Assembly: GCA_002633005.1 (NCBI GenBank)
Contig: NMRA01000221.1
Location: forward strand, 598,033 to 635,668
DNA from: Phoronis australis
Lineage: Eukaryota > Animalia > Phoronida
DNA: 37,636 bases
Direction: 5' to 3'
Position numbers and translations under genes: made by a program. The notes under the pieces are model-generated. The model was not told the origin of the DNA and searched no databases. It worked only from the letters and a program-made list of their open reading frames with translations. Of the stretch, positions 36,090 to 37,636 are shown in pieces; within the stretch, counting starts at the first letter, position 1; every line of letters starts with the position of its first letter.

Positions 36090-36310
36090 TCATAAGTCCG
36101 ACGCCACCGCGTGCAAATTACGCAGCGCTGCACTCTTTGTTGCTCTCATTGGCCCGTGTGTGCTGTTCTTGCTGAACCTGGCCAGTATTGCATGAAGTTG
36201 AGGCTCAACAACACCCAACAGAGGGCGCTTCTGGGGAAGACTTTGCCAGCAGGCTTGCATAAGTTCCCAGCACTCCTCGTCAAAGTGAACCAACTTTTCG
36301 GGACGAACCC
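36090..36310 (-). CDS. DSTYK: Dual serine/threonine and tyrosine protein kinase, last coding exon
   Basis: ttttag|GG GTT CGT CCC: GVRPEKLVHFDEECWELMQACWQSLPQKRPLLGVVEPQL...*, closely matching the DSTYK kinase C-lobe ([26 protein letters not shown]). Confidence 0.93.
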
Positions 36311-36750
36311 CTAAAATAAAGAGGATGCAGCACATAACTGTGACACGTCACACAAGAAAATACATAATTCTTAAACGCTCCATCTTTAAAACAAGAGCTA
36401 CACTGTGCAGATAGAAGCGATGATCACTATAATTTTATACATCCACTCTTAATGGGACAATGCTGGTGAACTTAATAAATAACAACCTCTAGGCTCTAGG
36501 GGAATGACAGAATTTGACTTGTCTGAACAGTTTAATGTACAAAAACTGCACGTAGCCTAACTCTGTTCAAAAGTTGAGACAGGATCCAACTAATATTTAT
36601 TTACTGTACATCTGCGCGGTCCTTTCTCACCACAAAATCATTTACAACAGACATAGATGTGACGATAAGTATCTCAAGTAGCTAGCTAGCTCAAGCCATT
36701 TGATGGATATGACAATCCTCCATTTACCCACTGTCCCCACGTCCACCCAC

Positions 36751-36921
36751 CTCTCTTGACTGCAGTCCACAGCTGGTCCTTACTGGCGCACTGCTCAAAG
36801 GAGTATGGCAGTTTTACACTGCCTGCGCAAACATACCAAAACAGGATGCCAAAGGCATAGACGTCTACGCTGTTGTCATAGCTACCACTGAAGAGCTCTG
36901 GTGCCATGTGAATAGGTGTAC
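36751..36921 (-). CDS. DSTYK: Dual serine/threonine and tyrosine protein kinase, penultimate exon
   Basis: tttcag|GT ACA CCT ATT CAC ATG ... AGA G|gtgggt, 171 nt: [39 protein letters not shown], characteristic of DSTYK; the rest of the gene lies beyond the window. Confidence 0.95.
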
Positions 36922-37081
36922 CTGAAATTAAGAATTAATTAAATAACTATAAAGATAGCTCAAATTGGTAAATCACTGAATAATAAACTTTAAAATGACA
37001 AACAAAGAAAGAAATACTAAGTGTCTCTTAAGCTGCAGATGTCAAGTTTCAATGTAAGGTCTTAGATCATACCCTAAAAGT

Positions 37082-37636
37082 AACAATGATAGCATTGATG
37101 CCAAACTATTAAAACTGGCGTCTCAACAAATAACTGAGCCTCTTACCAACATCATGAATTTAAGTTTAAAAACGGCCACAATTCCTAGAGAATGGAAGAT
37201 GGCAGTTGTTACTCCTGTTTTTAAAGATGGTGAAAAGTCAAGTTGCGAAAATTATAGACCAATATCGGTCCTCCCTGCAGTGTCCAAAATTCTTGAAAGG
37301 TGTGTTCAAAAGCAGCTTCACCAGTTTCTGGAGCAAAATTCCCTTCTCTCGGCAGCACAGTCTGGTTTCCGCCCCTTGCATTCCACTCTTACTACAAATA
37401 TTCATGCTACTGAGTTTATCTTTAATAATATGGATCAGGGGAAGCTAACTGGTGCTGTCTTTGTTGACATTAAGAAAGCCTTTGACACTGTGGACCATGG
37501 TATCCTATTGCAGAAACTAGAGTCATATGGAGTTAATGATAACGAACTCCTTTGGTTTAGAAACTACTTATACGACCGTAAACAGGCCACCAAATACGGT
37601 GGTATACTTTCTGACTACTCAACAGTAATCACGGGG
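37082..37636 (+). mobile_element. L2/CR1-group (Crack-like) LINE reverse transcriptase, 5'-truncated, in a DSTYK intron, antisense
   Basis: 185 open codons to the window edge: IPREWKMAVVTPVFK, NYRPISVLPAVSKILE, QSGFRPLHST, AVFVDIKKAFDTVDHGILLQKLESYG. Confidence 0.95.

Overview
Intron-rich, AT-rich animal (invertebrate-like) genomic DNA with an N gap at 21837-22683. All splice models were built by hand. Host genes are all on the minus strand. (1) A complete 8-coding-exon aquaporin (9260->1076, 276 aa) with a very atypical pore: NPV/NPS instead of NPA/NPA, and Phe replacing the ar/R arginine. (2) The first coding exon of a TRIM (RING-B-box-coiled-coil) gene, which runs into the gap. (3) The last two exons of DSTYK kinase. 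Between them are many transposon remnants: a HERO-like RLE retrotransposon, L2/CR1-group LINE pieces, a tRNA-SINE, several MITEs with clear TIRs/TSDs, and a frameshifted THAP exon. The standout observation is a small intronless non-histone gene at 26166->25849. It encodes a 105-aa acidic, lysine-free PHD-type (C4HC3) zinc finger. It is followed by two tandem canonical histone mRNA 3' stem-loops plus a U7/HDE-like element, and preceded by CCAAT boxes and an E2F site. It is a candidate non-histone gene using the replication-dependent histone mRNA pathway.
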